Positions 28,503-39,616 of a DNA stretch of 64,000 bases are shown here, one piece after another. The notes under the pieces are model-generated. The model was not told the DNA's origin. It did no database searches and saw only the letters and a list, made by a program, of their open reading frames with translations. The position numbers were made by a program, and so were the translations under genes. Position 1 is the stretch's first letter; each line of letters opens with the position of its first letter. The DNA lies in the NCBI GenBank assembly GCA_963674865.2, contig CAXXYE010000008.1, positions 544,001 to 608,000 of the forward strand, given 5' to 3'. The DNA is from Candidatus Hydrogenedentota bacterium. Lineage in GTDB: Bacteria > Hydrogenedentota > Hydrogenedentia > Hydrogenedentales > SLHB01.

Positions 28503-29948
28503 GTGGAGAGCAAACCAGTGAAACGTGCGCAATTCCTATGGTTGGCGATGACATTGGCCCTTCTAGCGGCAAACGGCGCGTGGGCGGCCGATGATGGTGC
28601 GACGCCCGTGAACGTCGCGAATCCCAAGGCGGTCGAGAGAGTGCTGTCGGGCGAGCGGACGGAGGCGAACGCCGCCTGGTGGGGATTCAACGCGGAGGAT
28701 ACGACGGAATCGATTCAAGGCGCGCTCGACTCGGGCGCAAAGACGGTGAAGATCCCTTACATGGGCGAGCCGTGGATTGTCCGCCCCCTCTCACTGCGAG
28801 GCAACCAGGAGGTCTATCTGGAGCCGGGCGTTGTGATCCTGGCGAAAGAGGGGGAATTCCTGGGCCGGGGCGACTCGCTCTTCACAGCGAGCGGCGTGGA
28901 GAACGTGGTCCTGCGCGGATACGGCGCGACCCTCCGCATGCGGAAGCGGGACTACATGAAACCTCCCTACGAAAGGGCCGAATGGCGCATGGGCTTGTCC
29001 CTCCGCGGAAGCAACAACGTGCTCGTGGAGGGCGTGCGCATCGAGAGCAGCGGCGGCGACGGCATCTACGTTGACGGCGGCGCGGGGCGCAAGTACTGCG
29101 ACGGCATTACGATTCGCGACGTGACGTGCTTCGACAACCACCGGCAGGGAATGAGCGTGATCAGCGTCGAGAACCTGCTCCTCGAGAACTGCGTCTTCGC
29201 CAACACCTGGGGCACCGCCCCGGCGGCGGGACTCGACCTCGAACCGGACGGCGCCGAACAGAGCCTGGTGAATGTCGTCGTGCGGAATTGCGTATTTGAG
29301 AACAATGAAGGCCACGAGGTCCTCGTATATCCCAAGAACCTTCACGACAAGGCGCCGGATCTGTCCATCCGCTTCGAGAATTGCCTGATTCGGAAAACCT
29401 TGACGGAGGGAAAGCCCGACGGTGTGGCGCAAGGCATTGGCCGCGACGACGCCACCCACGGGTGGTCGGGCATCAGCATGGCTGCGGTACGTGATGATGG
29501 GCCCGGCGGAACCATCGAGTTCGTGAACTGCGTCGTCGAGAACACCGGCAAAGAAAGCGTACGTATCTTCGACAAATCGGCGGGCAGGGCGGAGGTGCGG
29601 TTCGTGAACTGTCAGTTCAGGAATCCCTGGCTCGTGTCCCACCCGACCCATTGGGGCGTGCGCGTGCCGATTCATCTTCATGTGCGCCGCCCGGAGGTAT
29701 CCAAAGACCTTGGTGGGATCGTCTTCGACGATTGCCACGTGTACGACACCGTGGCGCGCCCGGCCCTGCTCCTGGACCAGGTCAACAACGAGCTTGGCCT
29801 GCGCGACCTGAGCGGTCTCATCACCTACCACGGGCCCGGTGACCCGCGTATGGAACTGGGGCCAAATGCCAGCAACATCGGCCTCCGCCTCCTCAAAGCA
29901 GGCGAGAATGAGGCAACGGCGCACGTGCCCGACGCGGACGCGGAATAG
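28503..29948 (+). CDS. secreted right-handed parallel beta-helix (pectin lyase-like) protein
   Basis: Signal peptide; DTTESIQGALDS, SGGDGIY, NHRQGMSVIS and GLDLEP motifs. Confidence 0.85.
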   Translation: MESKPVKRAQFLWLAMTLALLAANGAWAADDGATPVNVANPKAVERVLSGERTEANAAWWGFNAEDTTESIQGALDSGAKTVKIPYMGEPWIVRPLSLRGNQEVYLEPGVVILAKEGEFLGRGDSLFTASGVENVVLRGYGATLRMRKRDYMKPPYERAEWRMGLSLRGSNNVLVEGVRIESSGGDGIYVDGGAGRKYCDGITIRDVTCFDNHRQGMSVISVENLLLENCVFANTWGTAPAAGLDLEPDGAEQSLVNVVVRNCVFENNEGHEVLVYPKNLHDKAPDLSIRFENCLIRKTLTEGKPDGVAQGIGRDDATHGWSGISMAAVRDDGPGGTIEFVNCVVENTGKESVRIFDKSAGRAEVRFVNCQFRNPWLVSHPTHWGVRVPIHLHVRRPEVSKDLGGIVFDDCHVYDTVARPALLLDQVNNELGLRDLSGLITYHGPGDPRMELGPNASNIGLRLLKAGENEATAHVPDADAE

Positions 29949-29967
29949 CGCGCCGGCCACGCGGGAG

Positions 29968-29996
29968 TTGACCGCCCACTCGGCCGCTGGTAGACT
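29968..29996 (+). promoter_or_regulatory. sigma70-type promoter for the kinase gene
   Basis: TTGACC-N17-TAGACT. Confidence 0.6.
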
Positions 29997-30042
29997 CGGG
30001 CGGCATCGGAGAGCATAGCCACCATCGCTGCGAGTTCCGCAC

Positions 30043-31494
30043 GTGAAAAACACCAGAAGTCGTCCTGAAATCCCCATTCCAGGGGGAAATCCGCCCCGAA
30101 ATCCCGCAAATGGGGAGCAATCGGGCGTTTGCCTTGCGGAACGCTATGAACTCGTGCGTCTCCTGGGGCGGGGCGGCCTGGGCAACGTCTGGCTGGCCCG
30201 CGATACGCAGCTCGACGGCACGGAAGTCGCTTGTAAGGTATTGAGGGACAGCCTGTTCGACCATCCCCAGGCCCTGTCGGATATGAAGCGCGAGGTGTTG
30301 CTGGCGCGCAGGCTGCGCCATCCCCACATTCTGGCCGTCTACACGTTCTGGGGCGGTGGACATGAGCGCTTCATCACGATGGAATACGTGGAGGGCTGCA
30401 ATCTCTCCGAGGCGCTGGCGGAACGGGACGCGCCTTTCCCCATGGCGCAGGTCCTCACCTGGGCGCGGCAGCTCTGCGATGCCCTCGACTACGCGCACGG
30501 ACAGGGCGTGCTGCACCGGGACGTCAAGCCCGCCAACATCCTCCTCGGGCTGGACGGCGCCGTTCGCCTGGCCGATTTCGGCATTGCCCGCACCGCGCAT
30601 GAGGTCCAGGCACGTTCGGCCGGCCAGATGACCAGCGGCACCGTCATGTTTATGAGTCCGGAGCAGCTTGCCTGTGGCGCGGTCGACCAGCGAAGCGATC
30701 TCTACAGCCTCGCCTCCAGTATCTACGTCCTGCTCAGCGGCCGGCCGCCCTTCCACAAAGGAGCCATTGTTACCCAGGTCCAACTCAAGCCCGCGCCGCC
30801 CGTCGCGTTCCTCAGCGATTCCGTGAACGATGTCCTCTTGAAGGCCCTGGCCAAAGACCCGCGCGACCGGCAGCCCTCATGCGGCGCCTTCTACGCCGAG
30901 CTTGCCGCGGGGGCCGAGCGCGCCGAAGCGCCGGGGGCCTCTCAGGCGGAAGGTGAGCCCGGGCATGTCCCTTTGCCCTTGGGATGGCTCTCCGATCCCG
31001 AAGGCGAGACCGTCCTGCTTCCCCCCATGCATCGGGAGGACCACGGCGTCCGGCTGGGCGACCTGCTCATCCGCGCGGGACTCATCACCCCCGCCCAACG
31101 CGACGAGGCGCTCCGAGAATCGCAGGCCACCGGCGAGAAGCTGGGCCGCCGGCTCGTCAGCTTGGGCCATGTCAGTCAGTACGAGATTGCCCGCACGGTG
31201 GCCGACCAGCTTCAGATTCCGCTCGCGCCGGTGCACGAGGTGGATGCCGAGTCGCCGCTCCTGGAACTCATCCCCTTGGAGCTTGCGCACCGGCGCCGCT
31301 GCATCCCCGTGGCACGGGTCGCGGGCGGCATCCGCGTGGCGATGGCCGATCCCCTCGACTTCGAAGCCATCAATGAGATCGAGCATGAATGCGGCGGGCG
31401 CATCGAACTCGCCATCGCCCCCGAATCGGATGTGGACAGGGCCATCATGAGGACTTACGGCCCGCTCGAGCCGCCGGACGATGTCGAGTCGTGA
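30043..31494 (+). CDS. Hanks-type Ser/Thr protein kinase with C-terminal MshEN/T2SSE_N domain
   Basis: GRGGLGNV, VACK, HRDVKPAN, DFG and MSPE motifs; C-terminal RLGDLLIRAGLITPAQRDEAL...KLGRRLVSLGHVS...VAMADPLDFEAI. Confidence 0.9.
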   Translation: MKNTRSRPEIPIPGGNPPRNPANGEQSGVCLAERYELVRLLGRGGLGNVWLARDTQLDGTEVACKVLRDSLFDHPQALSDMKREVLLARRLRHPHILAVYTFWGGGHERFITMEYVEGCNLSEALAERDAPFPMAQVLTWARQLCDALDYAHGQGVLHRDVKPANILLGLDGAVRLADFGIARTAHEVQARSAGQMTSGTVMFMSPEQLACGAVDQRSDLYSLASSIYVLLSGRPPFHKGAIVTQVQLKPAPPVAFLSDSVNDVLLKALAKDPRDRQPSCGAFYAELAAGAERAEAPGASQAEGEPGHVPLPLGWLSDPEGETVLLPPMHREDHGVRLGDLLIRAGLITPAQRDEALRESQATGEKLGRRLVSLGHVSQYEIARTVADQLQIPLAPVHEVDAESPLLELIPLELAHRRRCIPVARVAGGIRVAMADPLDFEAINEIEHECGGRIELAIAPESDVDRAIMRTYGPLEPPDDVES

Positions 31495-31653
31495 GCTCCG
31501 AGCGGCCTGATGTGTGGCGCAACCGGCACCCCGGCCACCGGGGTGGACGCCACTTGACCGCGTAGCTGTTTGCCCTTACGATGTAAGCGTCTTCCGCTTG
31601 GGCAGGCGCCCGTGGTGGGAAAGGCGAAGGCACTAAGGCAAGGAGAGACCCAC

Positions 31654-32865
31654 ATGAAAGCCGTCAAAACCCGACTCTGCATCATGATGGTCCTGCAATA
31701 CGCTATCTGGGGTTCATGGACCACCGCACTCGGGGCGCACCTGGCCAGAATCGGATTCACCAGCAACCAGATCGGCGCGATCTATGGATGTCTCTGGATT
31801 GCCTGCATCATCGCGCCGTTCATCGGCGGGCAGATTGCCGATCGCTTTTTTCCGACGCAGCTCTTCTTGGGCGTTGCGCACGTGGTCGGCGCCGTGCTGC
31901 TCTTCATGACGGCCAGGCAGACGGAGTTCGGCCCCATGTGGCGCTGGATGTTCGCCTACAGCCTCTTCTACGCGCCGACCCTGGCCCTCACCAATTCGCT
32001 TTCATTCCACCATCTCGATGACGTTGAGCGAGAGTTCCCCAGGATCAGGATGTGGGGGAGTCCGGGCTGGATCGCCGTCGGCTGGATCGTGCTCCTCATC
32101 CGCCAACAGTGGCACACCCACGAATGGGCCGGCGGCAGCGACCTGCTCATGATCGCCGCCGGCTTTTCCCTGGTGATGGGCCTCTACTGCTTCACCCTTC
32201 CTCACACGCCGCCGAAGCGTAAAGGGGAGAATCCGTTCGCCTTCCTCGAAGCAATCCATCTATTGAAGGACAAGAACTTCCTCATATTCGCCGTCGTGTC
32301 CTTTGTGGTGACGACGGAGCTTCAGTTCTACTACGTGACCACGGCGCCCTTTCTCCAGGATATGCAGGCTCCCACAGAGTGGCTCGCCGCCATCAAGACC
32401 ACGGCCCAGATCGCCGAGTTCTTCGTCACGTGGTTCCTGCTCGGGCTCTCGCTGAAGAAATGGGGCGTCCGAAAGACGATGGTCATCGGCATGCTGGCTT
32501 GGCCCTTGCGCTACTTCCTGTTCTGCATCCCGAACCTGCCCATCATCATCGCGTCGCTGACGCTCCACGGCTTCGGCTACGCCTTCTTCTTCATCGCCTC
32601 CCAGATCTACGTCAACATGAAGGCCACGGACGACATGCGCGCCTCCGCCCAGGCCATGCTGACCTTCTTCACCCTCGGCCTCGGCAACTGGCTCGGGACG
32701 ATGTTCACCGGGTGGATCTGGGGGCTGTGCGGCGGCCCGCAGAACACGGTGTGGTGGAAGTTCTTCATGGTGCCCGCCGGCATCTGCATCGGCATGGCCC
32801 TGATCTTCCTGCTGTTCTTCCGTGATGACGTGCGGCCGGAGGACATCAAGGAGCAAGCCGCCTAG
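31654..32865 (+). CDS. MFS nucleoside:H+ symporter family (NupG/XapB/YegT-like)
   Basis: AAGGAG RBS; LQYAIWGSW, GQIADRFF, PTLALTNS and FPRIRMWGS motifs; about 12 TM. Confidence 0.88.
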   Translation: MKAVKTRLCIMMVLQYAIWGSWTTALGAHLARIGFTSNQIGAIYGCLWIACIIAPFIGGQIADRFFPTQLFLGVAHVVGAVLLFMTARQTEFGPMWRWMFAYSLFYAPTLALTNSLSFHHLDDVEREFPRIRMWGSPGWIAVGWIVLLIRQQWHTHEWAGGSDLLMIAAGFSLVMGLYCFTLPHTPPKRKGENPFAFLEAIHLLKDKNFLIFAVVSFVVTTELQFYYVTTAPFLQDMQAPTEWLAAIKTTAQIAEFFVTWFLLGLSLKKWGVRKTMVIGMLAWPLRYFLFCIPNLPIIIASLTLHGFGYAFFFIASQIYVNMKATDDMRASAQAMLTFFTLGLGNWLGTMFTGWIWGLCGGPQNTVWWKFFMVPAGICIGMALIFLLFFRDDVRPEDIKEQAA

Positions 32866-32890
32866 AAGACGGGAGGCAGAGGCGCGGGCG

Positions 32891-33610
32891 TCAGTCCTCT
32901 TCCGCACGGGGCGGTTGGCCGTTCCGGCGCTGCCCGTGGCGAAGACTAAGGCGCCGGAAATGCATCACTACTGCCCCTCCGAGCACGGCGGCCAGGATGA
33001 TCCACGGCGCGATATTGCCTAAGCGCTCGGAAAAGGCCCGCATGCGGTCGAATAGGAACAGCCACGCCCCCACGGCGAGGAAGTTCCCTGTGATGACCGA
33101 GGCGAAGGTCACCCGCGTCCGCATCCCGATGAGGTAGCCTATCAACCCTCCCGCCAGGGGGCCGGTGGTCCAGAAGGGGAAGAAGACGAAGGCGATCAAG
33201 CCTGCCGCGCCGAAGGGCTCCACTTTGCTCTTGTTGCGCTCCGCCGCCGCGCGGATGTTGGCGATCGCCGGCCCTACAATCCGCATCTCCACGACGCGCC
33301 GGTAGCCCGCCACCAGCAGCGGATAGAGCAGCAGCAGGATGATGATGTCCTGCAAAGAGCACTGCACGAGCAGAAAGGCCCAGTGGAATCCGCCCTTGAG
33401 TCCGGCGCTGATGCTGAGCGCGCGGCCCCCGAGCATCTGCTGGAGCACCAACTGCCACGCGTTTGCGTAAGGCTCCGGCCACACCACCCCAAAGGCGATC
33501 AGCACCGCCACCCAGATGCTGAGGCAGACCTGCCCCGTCCGCTCAATGAAGCGAAGCCGCGGGCCGTAAGCGCGAACACGTTCTCGGGGAAGGGCAGCCA
33601 TTACATGCAT
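32891..33610 (-). CDS. small multi-drug export (COG2426-like) membrane protein
   Basis: [26 protein letters not shown] motif; TM helices; start 33610 or 33601. Confidence 0.75.
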   Translation of the reverse strand: MHVMAALPRERVRAYGPRLRFIERTGQVCLSIWVAVLIAFGVVWPEPYANAWQLVLQQMLGGRALSISAGLKGGFHWAFLLVQCSLQDIIILLLLYPLLVAGYRRVVEMRIVGPAIANIRAAAERNKSKVEPFGAAGLIAFVFFPFWTTGPLAGGLIGYLIGMRTRVTFASVITGNFLAVGAWLFLFDRMRAFSERLGNIAPWIILAAVLGGAVVMHFRRLSLRHGQRRNGQPPRAEED

Positions 33611-33840
33611 TCCATCCCCCGAGCGACAGGAGGGTTGCTGGCGCCGACATAACCAACACGGTCTTCGCAGGAATGGAGACGACTCGGAGCCGAAAGGGGG
33701 GCGCCCGAATGCGCGCACACAGCCCGCCCAAGCGTTTGCGATGGGGCCTTTCTGCCGTGTGAACGCCCTCAAAGAGGAACCGTGACGGCACCCAGATCCG
33801 CACGCAAGTCGGGCAGGTTTCGCGCCAATCGCTGGAATAT

Positions 33841-33947
33841 GCAGGCTGGAAGCCTGCGCCACAGTAGGGCCTTTCTTGGGACTTTGGCAAGCGGGCCTTG
33901 ACAAAGGGCGAGCGCGCCGGAGATTGTAGCGCGGGCATCCTGCCTGC
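33841..33947. repeat. inverted pair of REP-like palindromes
   Basis: GCAGGCTGGAAGCCTGCGCCACA (33841-33863) and TGTAGCGCGGGCATCCTGCCTGC (33925-33947) match 19/23 as reverse complements. Confidence 0.6.
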
Positions 33948-34013
33948 TTCCGGCGCGCGTGCTTGGGATGCAGGCCCACGCTTACGTGTGGATTCTGGAC
34001 AGCAGAAGTGGCA

Positions 34014-34042
34014 TTGATGGTATTGGTAAACAGGGCTAGAAT
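34014..34042 (+). promoter_or_regulatory. sigma70-type promoter
   Basis: TTGATG-N17-TAGAAT upstream of the hydrolase genes. Confidence 0.55.
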
Positions 34043-34144
34043 GAGAGGGAATGAGCCTGTGATCGTCGCAGGCGTTTCTACGTGGAAGATCTCAGATTAG
34101 TAGGTGGGAGCCGCCTTTTGCTTCGGGATGTTGGGGAATTCACC

Positions 34145-36468
34145 ATGCTTAGGCGCCGTTGTTGTTCGTCAATGTTTCTGTGTGCGGCCCTGGCGCTGTT
34201 GTGTCTGGCCGGGGGCGTCGCCACTGCCGCGGAAGAGGCTTGGCCCCGGTTCCCGAAGGGACCCTGGCCCACCTGCACCCCCGAGGAGGCGGGCCTGCAA
34301 TCCGCGCCGCTGGCGGCCATTGCGGAATACCTGGGCGGCCGGGGCTGCATCGTGCGGCATGGGGCGATGGCCTTTCACTGGGGCGACTTTGCGCGGCGGG
34401 GCGATGTGGCCTCGGCGGCGAAACCGTGGTATTCAGCCCTCCTCTTCATGGCCGTCGAGGAGGGGCTTCTGGAAAGCCCCGATGTACCTATCGCGGAATA
34501 TGAACCGCGCATCAAGGAGATCAATCCGGAGCTGGGCTTCAAGGACCGCGCGATCACCTTCGCGCACATGGCAAACCAGATCTCGTGCTATGGCGTTTCC
34601 GAGAAGCCGGGAACGGCCTATGACTATAACGATTTCCAGATGGCGCTCTTCTTCGATACTCTCTTTCTCAAGGTATATGGCGCCACCTTGGAAACCGTGG
34701 ATGAGAAAGTGCTCCACCCCCGCCTGAGCGATGTGATCGGCTGCGAGGATGACCCGACCTTTCTCGCCTTCGGATTGAAGGACCGGCCGGCCCGGCTGGG
34801 GATTTCGCCGCGAGATTTCGCTCGGTTCGGGTGGCTTTTCCTGAATAAGGGCATGTGGGATGGGCGGCAGGTTCTCTCCGCGGCACACGTGCGAGAGCTC
34901 GTCAGCAGCCCGATCCCCAATGCCATTCCTCGTACCTCGGCACACCAGGCCCAGATGATCCCAGGCCAGCGCTCGCATGGCTCGCGCAGGGTGCCGGACG
35001 ACCAGACCGACCACTATGGCAGCTATAGCTGGCTGTGGTGGCTCAATGGCGTCGACCGGGAAGGCCGGCGCATTTGGCCGGATGCGCCCCTGGACGTTTT
35101 TACCGCACTGGGCCACGCCAACGGGCAGCGAGGCATAGCCGTGATGCCGAGCCTGGACATTGTGATCGCCTGGAACGATACGACCTTGGGCAACCGGCCA
35201 TCACATCCGCACCCGCTAAATGAAGTCTTCCGCCTGTTGCGCGGGGCCGCCGAAGATGCGCCCCTCTCCGGCCAGGTGATTCCCTATCCGGATCGTCCCG
35301 CCTGGCTGGCCCGTAACCAAGACCTCGATGAGGATCGGAGGCTGGATCCCCTCTCAATCTGCGGCCCCGGCGATCCGGAAGATTTCCTCTATCGCGGTGC
35401 TCGCAATCCGGATGGCACGCGTGCGGGCGACCAGATGGCCATCATCGAAAAGATCGGCGCCTCGGGTGCCAATACCCTTTATTTTCAGGCGATTCGCTCA
35501 CACGGCGGCGATGGCGAGCCGACCCACAACCCCTTTGTGAATAGCGATCCGGCGCAGGGATTGGATGAGGATATCCTCTGGCAATGGGATCGCTGGCTCT
35601 CGGCCATGGATGAGGCGGGATTGCGCCCCTCTTTTTCCTCTATGACGATGGAGCGTCGATATGGAAGACCGGCGATGAGGTCGGTGAGGACGAAGGGCGG
35701 ATGCTCGATACTCTCGTGAAGCGATTCGAGCATCATCCGGGCCTAATGTGGTGCGTCGCGGAGGAATATGGCGAGCGATACAGCCCAGCGCGCATCGAAG
35801 CCATCGCACACCGAATCCGTGAGGCGGATAAGCACGACCATGTGATAGCCGTGCACAAGAACGATGGGCTTTCCTTCCAAGAATTCCAGGATAGTCCGGA
35901 TATCGACCAATTCGCGATCCAATACAATCATCCCGAACCGGGCGCTCTGCATGCCGGGATGCTCAAGGCATGGACCGATGCCGCGGGCCGTTATAACCTC
36001 AACATGAGCGAGGCGGCGGACCACGGATTCGGCGCCGAGGCGCGGAAGAAGAACTGGGCCTGTGCCATGGGAGGGGCCTACGTGATGGACCTCCGGTGGC
36101 TGTTCAACGAACCGGAGGCCCCCTCGGCGGAAGACCTGGCGCAATGCGGCTATCTCGTGCGCTTCTTTGAATCGACCCCGCTCGCGGAGATGGCGCCCCA
36201 CGATGAGCTGGCCGCGGGCGCCACGGATTATGTGCTGGCGCAACCCGGGCAGGCCTATGTGGCCTATTCGCTGCGCGCCGTCGAGCCGCTCGGCCTCACG
36301 GGGATGATGGCCGGCGCCTACGATTTCACCTGGCTGGATTGCGCGACCGGGACCACGCTCGCCCAGGAGGGCGTGACGGTGGCCGAGGGCGAAAGGGCCT
36401 GGGGCCCGCCCGAGGGATGGGGCGATGAGGTGGCGGTTCTGATCGAGCGGAAAACCGAGAAATTCTAG
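34145..36468 (+). pseudogene. secreted beta-lactamase-like serine hydrolase plus GH-like TIM barrel plus C-terminal collagen-binding-like domain; split by a 1-nt frameshift near 35617-35620
   Basis: SAAK (SxxK) and YDYND motifs. Adding one G to GAG GCG GGA TTG gives EAGIAPLFFLYDDGASIWKTGDEVGEDEGRMLDTLVKRFEHH, joining ORFs 34082..35719 and 35701..36468. Confidence 0.75.
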
Positions 36469-36478
36469 AACAAATTCA

Positions 36479-39400
36479 ATGATGGCCCATCGGAGCGGGA
36501 CAACAAGGAGAGCGGAAGTGCGGGGAATTGCGGATAGAACGAGGCGCGGCGGCGCGGCGTGGGCGATTCTGGCATTTGCGATCATCGCCGTGGCGCCGGC
36601 GGGGCATGGCGATGATTTCGGGGAGCGCGCCGCCACAATGTGGGCGCCTTTCGTGGAATGGTCGGTGGAGAATCCGACCTATGAGGGCAATCCCTTCGAT
36701 GTGGTGGCGGCGGTCGCTTTCACCCATACCGATTCGGGTGCGCGGCATGTTACCGAGATGTTCTATGCCGGCGGCAGCACCTGGCGATTCCGGTTTACCG
36801 GGACGAAGGCGGGCGAATGGACTTTCAAGACGAGCAGCGAGGACCCCGAGCTAAGCGGCCATACCGGGCGGGTGCGGGTGAGCCCGAGTCCCGACCCGGC
36901 CATCCGGGGATTCCTGACCCATCAAGGCAACAAATTCGCCATCCAGCGGCGGGATGCCGACGATCTGGAGGGATACCTCTTCGCGGTCTATATGAATGAG
37001 CGGCTCATTCCCGAGGGCTTCTCCGCCCTGGCGGAGCCCGCGAAGATCGAGGCGCTGCTGGACGATACCACCGCGAATGGCTTCGAGATCGCCTTCACCT
37101 ATATCTGCCACAATTGGCTGAACCTCGGGACCCTGCGCCACGATGAGCACAATAGCGAGAATCCGGATTTGCGGACCTTCGACCTCCTGGACCGGATGAT
37201 CACCAAGGCGCATGCGCGGGGCATGCGGTGGCACCTATGGGCCTGGGGGGATGAGGCTCGGAAATGGACCCCCATCGGATTGCCGGGGGGCATCAACGGT
37301 CCGGTCGACCGCCGCCTGCAACGGTATATTGCGGCGCGGCTGGGGCCGTTGCCGGGATGGACGATGGGATATGGGTTCGACCTGATTGAATGGACCTCGG
37401 AAGAGGGACGCAACGAATGGGCCTCGTTTCTCCATGAGAAGATGGGGTGGGACCATCTCCTCTGCACCCGCGGATTCCGGCTGGGAGGCGGGAAGAACAA
37501 CATCACCTCCTATTCCGGATTCGGCGGAAACGACCTGACAACAAGCCGATGCGGCCCGGTGGACTATGCCGAGGTCGTGCGGCATATCGATGCCGACCCG
37601 GACCGGCCCTCGTTCTATGAAGAGCGGCATTCCTATCTCAGAAAAGGATTCAAGCTGGATATGACCGGGACGCGGCGCCTGCGGTGGTGGCAGGCCATGG
37701 CGGGGGGATTGGGCGGCTTTTTCGGATTCTACAGAAAAAGCGAGCATCCCTATCCGAATCCCGAGCAGCTTCGAACGGCCCAACGATTCTGGCGGGGCCG
37801 CTTCACCCTCGATATGATGCGGTGCAACGACCTCACCGATGGCTGGGGGCTCAAGGATGAGGCCCGCTCGTTCTATGTTTTCTATAAGGAGGATGCGGAC
37901 AGGATCGAGGTGGATTTGAGCTCAATGCCCGCCGCGCAGCGGGCGGTGGCGGTGGATACCGCGCAGGCCTATGCGGAGGTGGACCTGGGCGAGCCGGCGC
38001 CCGGCCGGCATACCTTCGAGCTTCCGGCGCGCTCCGATTGGGCGATCGCGGTCGGAGGGGTTCCTGGCAAGCAGGAGGCCGCCCCGCCGCCGGAAGAAGC
38101 CGGCGCCGGCCTGGTGCAAAACGGTTGGCTCGTGCAGAATGACCACGCGATCTGGGGATGGGTGCAGCACAACGGCTGGTGGCGGCCCGGGCAGCGGGCC
38201 AATCTGGCCCGCCGATCCGTGGGCGATCCTGTGGGAGATGTGCGGCCCAACCGCACCGAAGACCTCGGCAAATTGACCGACAGCATGCTCCAATACGGCT
38301 ATCCCGGGTTCGAGCACAATTACGGTTTGTGGTACGACCGGCGGCGGGATGCCCACGATGCCGCTCGCCGCACCGATCCCCATGTGGCGCCTCCTTTCCT
38401 TGAGCAGCCTTGGGCGCGCACCTCGGAGGCAGGGGGCGAGCCCGCCTGGGATGGCCTACCGAAATACGACCTGGAGCGATTCAATCCGTGGTATTTCGAC
38501 CGGCTGAAGGCCTTTGCGGACCTCTGCGATGAAAAAGGGACCGTGCTGATCCACAAGTTCTATATGCAGCATGCCCTGCTCGAGACGCCGGCGCACTATG
38601 TGGATTTACCTTGGCGGCCCACCAATTGCATCCAGGATACCGGCATGCCCGATGGCCTCCCCGCGGCCAATGCATTCTACGATGTGACCCACCCGGAGCG
38701 GCGGCGCCTCCATACCGCCTATATCCGGCATTGCCTGGATGTGCTGGGAGAGAACCGCAATCTGATCTCTCTCACAAGCCAGGAATTCACCGGCCCTCTG
38801 GCCTTCGTGGAATTCTGGCTCGATACAATCGCTCAGTGGGAGCGCGATACCGGCCGCGAGGTCACCATCGGCCTCGGCGCGCCGAAGGATGTGCAGGATG
38901 CCATCCTGGCCGACCCGCTCCGGGGCAAGCAGGTGGATGTGCTGGACCTGCGCTATTGGTGGCTGCGGGCCGACGGCACGCTCTTCGCCCCCGAGGGCGG
39001 CCGGGAAATGGCCGGTCGCGCTTTCGAATCAGGCCATCAGCAGGCAAAGGAGAGCTCGCCCCAGAGCTTCTATCAGAAGGTCAGGGGCTATCGGGACCGG
39101 TTCCCGGATAAGGCCATCGTCGACGCCTACGAGGGGGATCGCCTCGCAAGCTGGGCCTTTCTCATGGCGGGAGGCTCGTTGCTGGTCCGTGGCCAGATCT
39201 GCTATCCGAACCAAGCGGATCCGCCCGATTACATCCAACCCGCGGAGGTCGAAACGCTCCTGCCCACCTACCATTTCCTGCGCGAGCATCTGGCAGCACG
39301 TTTGCCAAGGATGAGCCCATGCGACCTGGTTCGAGAGAGCCCTGACCGGACCTGGTGCCTGGCACAGCCCGGCCGGACCTATCTCGTCTACGCCCTCAAA

Positions 39401-39577
39401 GGGGGCGATATCGCCCTGGACCTCTCGGGCGCGGCCGGGCGGTATCGTGCGCGATGGTTTGATCCGAGGTCGGGCGAGTTGATCCAAGCGGAGCCTGGCC
39501 TCATATCGGCGGGAGGTCAGGTCAGCTTCGGGGCGCCGGATAACCAGGATTGGGCGCTCTGGCTGGACCGAGAATAG
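36479..39577 (+). CDS. secreted two-module glycoside-hydrolase-like protein (DUF5060 N-terminus; second module DUF6298-like with collagen-binding-like tail)
   Basis: GNPFDV...FYAGGSTWRFRF and YIAARL motifs; linker PGKQEAAPPPEEAG; YGLWYDRRRDAH, KYDLERFNPWYFDRL and WFDPRSG...DWALW motifs. Confidence 0.75.
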   Translation: MMAHRSGTTRRAEVRGIADRTRRGGAAWAILAFAIIAVAPAGHGDDFGERAATMWAPFVEWSVENPTYEGNPFDVVAAVAFTHTDSGARHVTEMFYAGGSTWRFRFTGTKAGEWTFKTSSEDPELSGHTGRVRVSPSPDPAIRGFLTHQGNKFAIQRRDADDLEGYLFAVYMNERLIPEGFSALAEPAKIEALLDDTTANGFEIAFTYICHNWLNLGTLRHDEHNSENPDLRTFDLLDRMITKAHARGMRWHLWAWGDEARKWTPIGLPGGINGPVDRRLQRYIAARLGPLPGWTMGYGFDLIEWTSEEGRNEWASFLHEKMGWDHLLCTRGFRLGGGKNNITSYSGFGGNDLTTSRCGPVDYAEVVRHIDADPDRPSFYEERHSYLRKGFKLDMTGTRRLRWWQAMAGGLGGFFGFYRKSEHPYPNPEQLRTAQRFWRGRFTLDMMRCNDLTDGWGLKDEARSFYVFYKEDADRIEVDLSSMPAAQRAVAVDTAQAYAEVDLGEPAPGRHTFELPARSDWAIAVGGVPGKQEAAPPPEEAGAGLVQNGWLVQNDHAIWGWVQHNGWWRPGQRANLARRSVGDPVGDVRPNRTEDLGKLTDSMLQYGYPGFEHNYGLWYDRRRDAHDAARRTDPHVAPPFLEQPWARTSEAGGEPAWDGLPKYDLERFNPWYFDRLKAFADLCDEKGTVLIHKFYMQHALLETPAHYVDLPWRPTNCIQDTGMPDGLPAANAFYDVTHPERRRLHTAYIRHCLDVLGENRNLISLTSQEFTGPLAFVEFWLDTIAQWERDTGREVTIGLGAPKDVQDAILADPLRGKQVDVLDLRYWWLRADGTLFAPEGGREMAGRAFESGHQQAKESSPQSFYQKVRGYRDRFPDKAIVDAYEGDRLASWAFLMAGGSLLVRGQICYPNQADPPDYIQPAEVETLLPTYHFLREHLAARLPRMSPCDLVRESPDRTWCLAQPGRTYLVYALKGGDIALDLSGAAGRYRARWFDPRSGELIQAEPGLISAGGQVSFGAPDNQDWALWLDRE

Positions 39578-39616
39578 CCGGAGCCGTGCACGGGGCGGAT
39601 AGAGGCCTTGGAGAGG

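Noticed and set aside
35600..35650. Programmed ribosomal frameshift in the hydrolase gene
   Set aside because: There is no canonical slippery heptamer at the break; a single G loss in a short run (mutation or sequencing error) explains it.
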